The position numbers and the translations under genes were made by a program. This document shows, in pieces, positions 63,150 to 64,000 of a stretch of 64,000 nucleotides of DNA. Source of the DNA: Macrostomum hystrix (taxonomy: Eukaryota > Animalia > Platyhelminthes); NCBI GenBank assembly GCA_950097015.1, contig CATNEN010000038.1:25606001-25670000 (forward strand). Reading direction: 5' to 3'. The notes beneath the pieces are model-generated. The model made no database searches. It was not told where the DNA came from and worked only from the letters and a program-made list of their open reading frames with translations. Numbering within the stretch: position 1 is the stretch's first letter; every line of letters starts with the position of its first letter.

Positions 63150-64000
63150 TGTTTTTTTAACTATTTGAAACAGGAGAAGGTTAAGCTTCTGACGCTTTTT
63201 GTTTTCTCTTCTCCCTTGAAGTGATGAGAGGATGCCATGGTAACATCATATGCTGGGCCTTTATTTATCTTCAGCCTCTCTCCTTATGCAAACGGCTTAC
63301 AATTGGTTGGGAGTTGGGAGAAGCACTGCCATTGTTTTTTAGTGGGAACGCGCCTAAAGAATAGTTTGTATTGCTTTTGCGTGGTATGATAATATAGAGA
63401 CTGTTAAAAAATAGTGGGATCTCTCGGTATGAGATGGGGTGAAGGATTGGATTGGGCGTAGGTTTTGGCCTGGACATATTTGGGGTCCGGGGTGCTGTCG
63501 TGTAGGTGTGTGTGGGCAGAGATGGGGTCACCCATATCAACCGGGGCTCAAAATACGGTATATGGCGGTGGAGGGTACTACTTTTCTGCAAACTGTAACT
63601 CTACTTCGGCGATGATCCACTCACGAAGAAAATAAATTCAAGGAAGGCTTGCACCTTTGACACAAGCTTGATCCTGAGAAGTACTGTAAAGGCAATACTG
63701 AAATTGATGTCGCTGCATTTCATTGTCAAATTCGAGTCGACACCATCGAAGACAGCGCCGTTCTCCGAAGATTGGACACCCTTCAGATAGATAAAGTTGA
63801 TAGTTTCGTCATTCTGACAAAGCAGGATTTAAATTTCGTCTCGTCTCCGACCCCTACTATCGTAAAATTCTAGCGATGATGCCGAGTATTTTCTGGGGAA
63901 TCGGGTGAGCACTCAGCACGCTGCTCACACCGGAGAGGCTGTATGCGGAAGATGCTGCATTGCTGAAGGTTTGGCCTGACCAGGAGACCCAGTCTCTCCT
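63150..64000. repeat. Duplicated segment, copy 2 (includes the LamG-family relic from about 63605)
   Basis: Near-identical to 53845-54695 and runs off the end of the window. Confidence 0.93.

Overview
Eukaryotic (metazoan) genomic DNA with GT-AG introns, GC-rich exons and AT-rich spacers full of minisatellites. The style suggests a free-living flatworm such as Macrostomum, but this is an unverified inference. From left to right: (1) an intronless classical calpain; (2) a 2-exon, ~1099-aa secreted Ser/Tyr-rich repeat polyprotein with 12 KKR sites, whose true frame the ORF track missed (best novelty candidate); (3) six closely spaced minus-strand genes (DNAAF4, a SNRNP48-like gene lacking the CHHC zinc finger, TAF1A, ENKD1, a TOM6-like microprotein, C6orf120/UPF0669), most with a splice-acceptor motif upstream of the likely start, consistent with a trans-spliced operon; (4) a 3-exon CYP2-clan P450 and a divergent 14-exon MFS transporter; (5) a 44-64 kb accessory zone holding a family of secreted LamG/ConA-like genes (one intact, one with an in-frame TAG, several relics), an orphan WSC exon, Harbinger, IS630/Tc1 and Polinton-type PolB relics, a 5'-truncated Ty3/Gypsy element and a duplicated segment. 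A tRNA-derived SINE occurs about 10 times. A hAT MITE, a mariner relic and more than 15 distinct tandem arrays are also present. All gene models were read by eye and no database searches were run.
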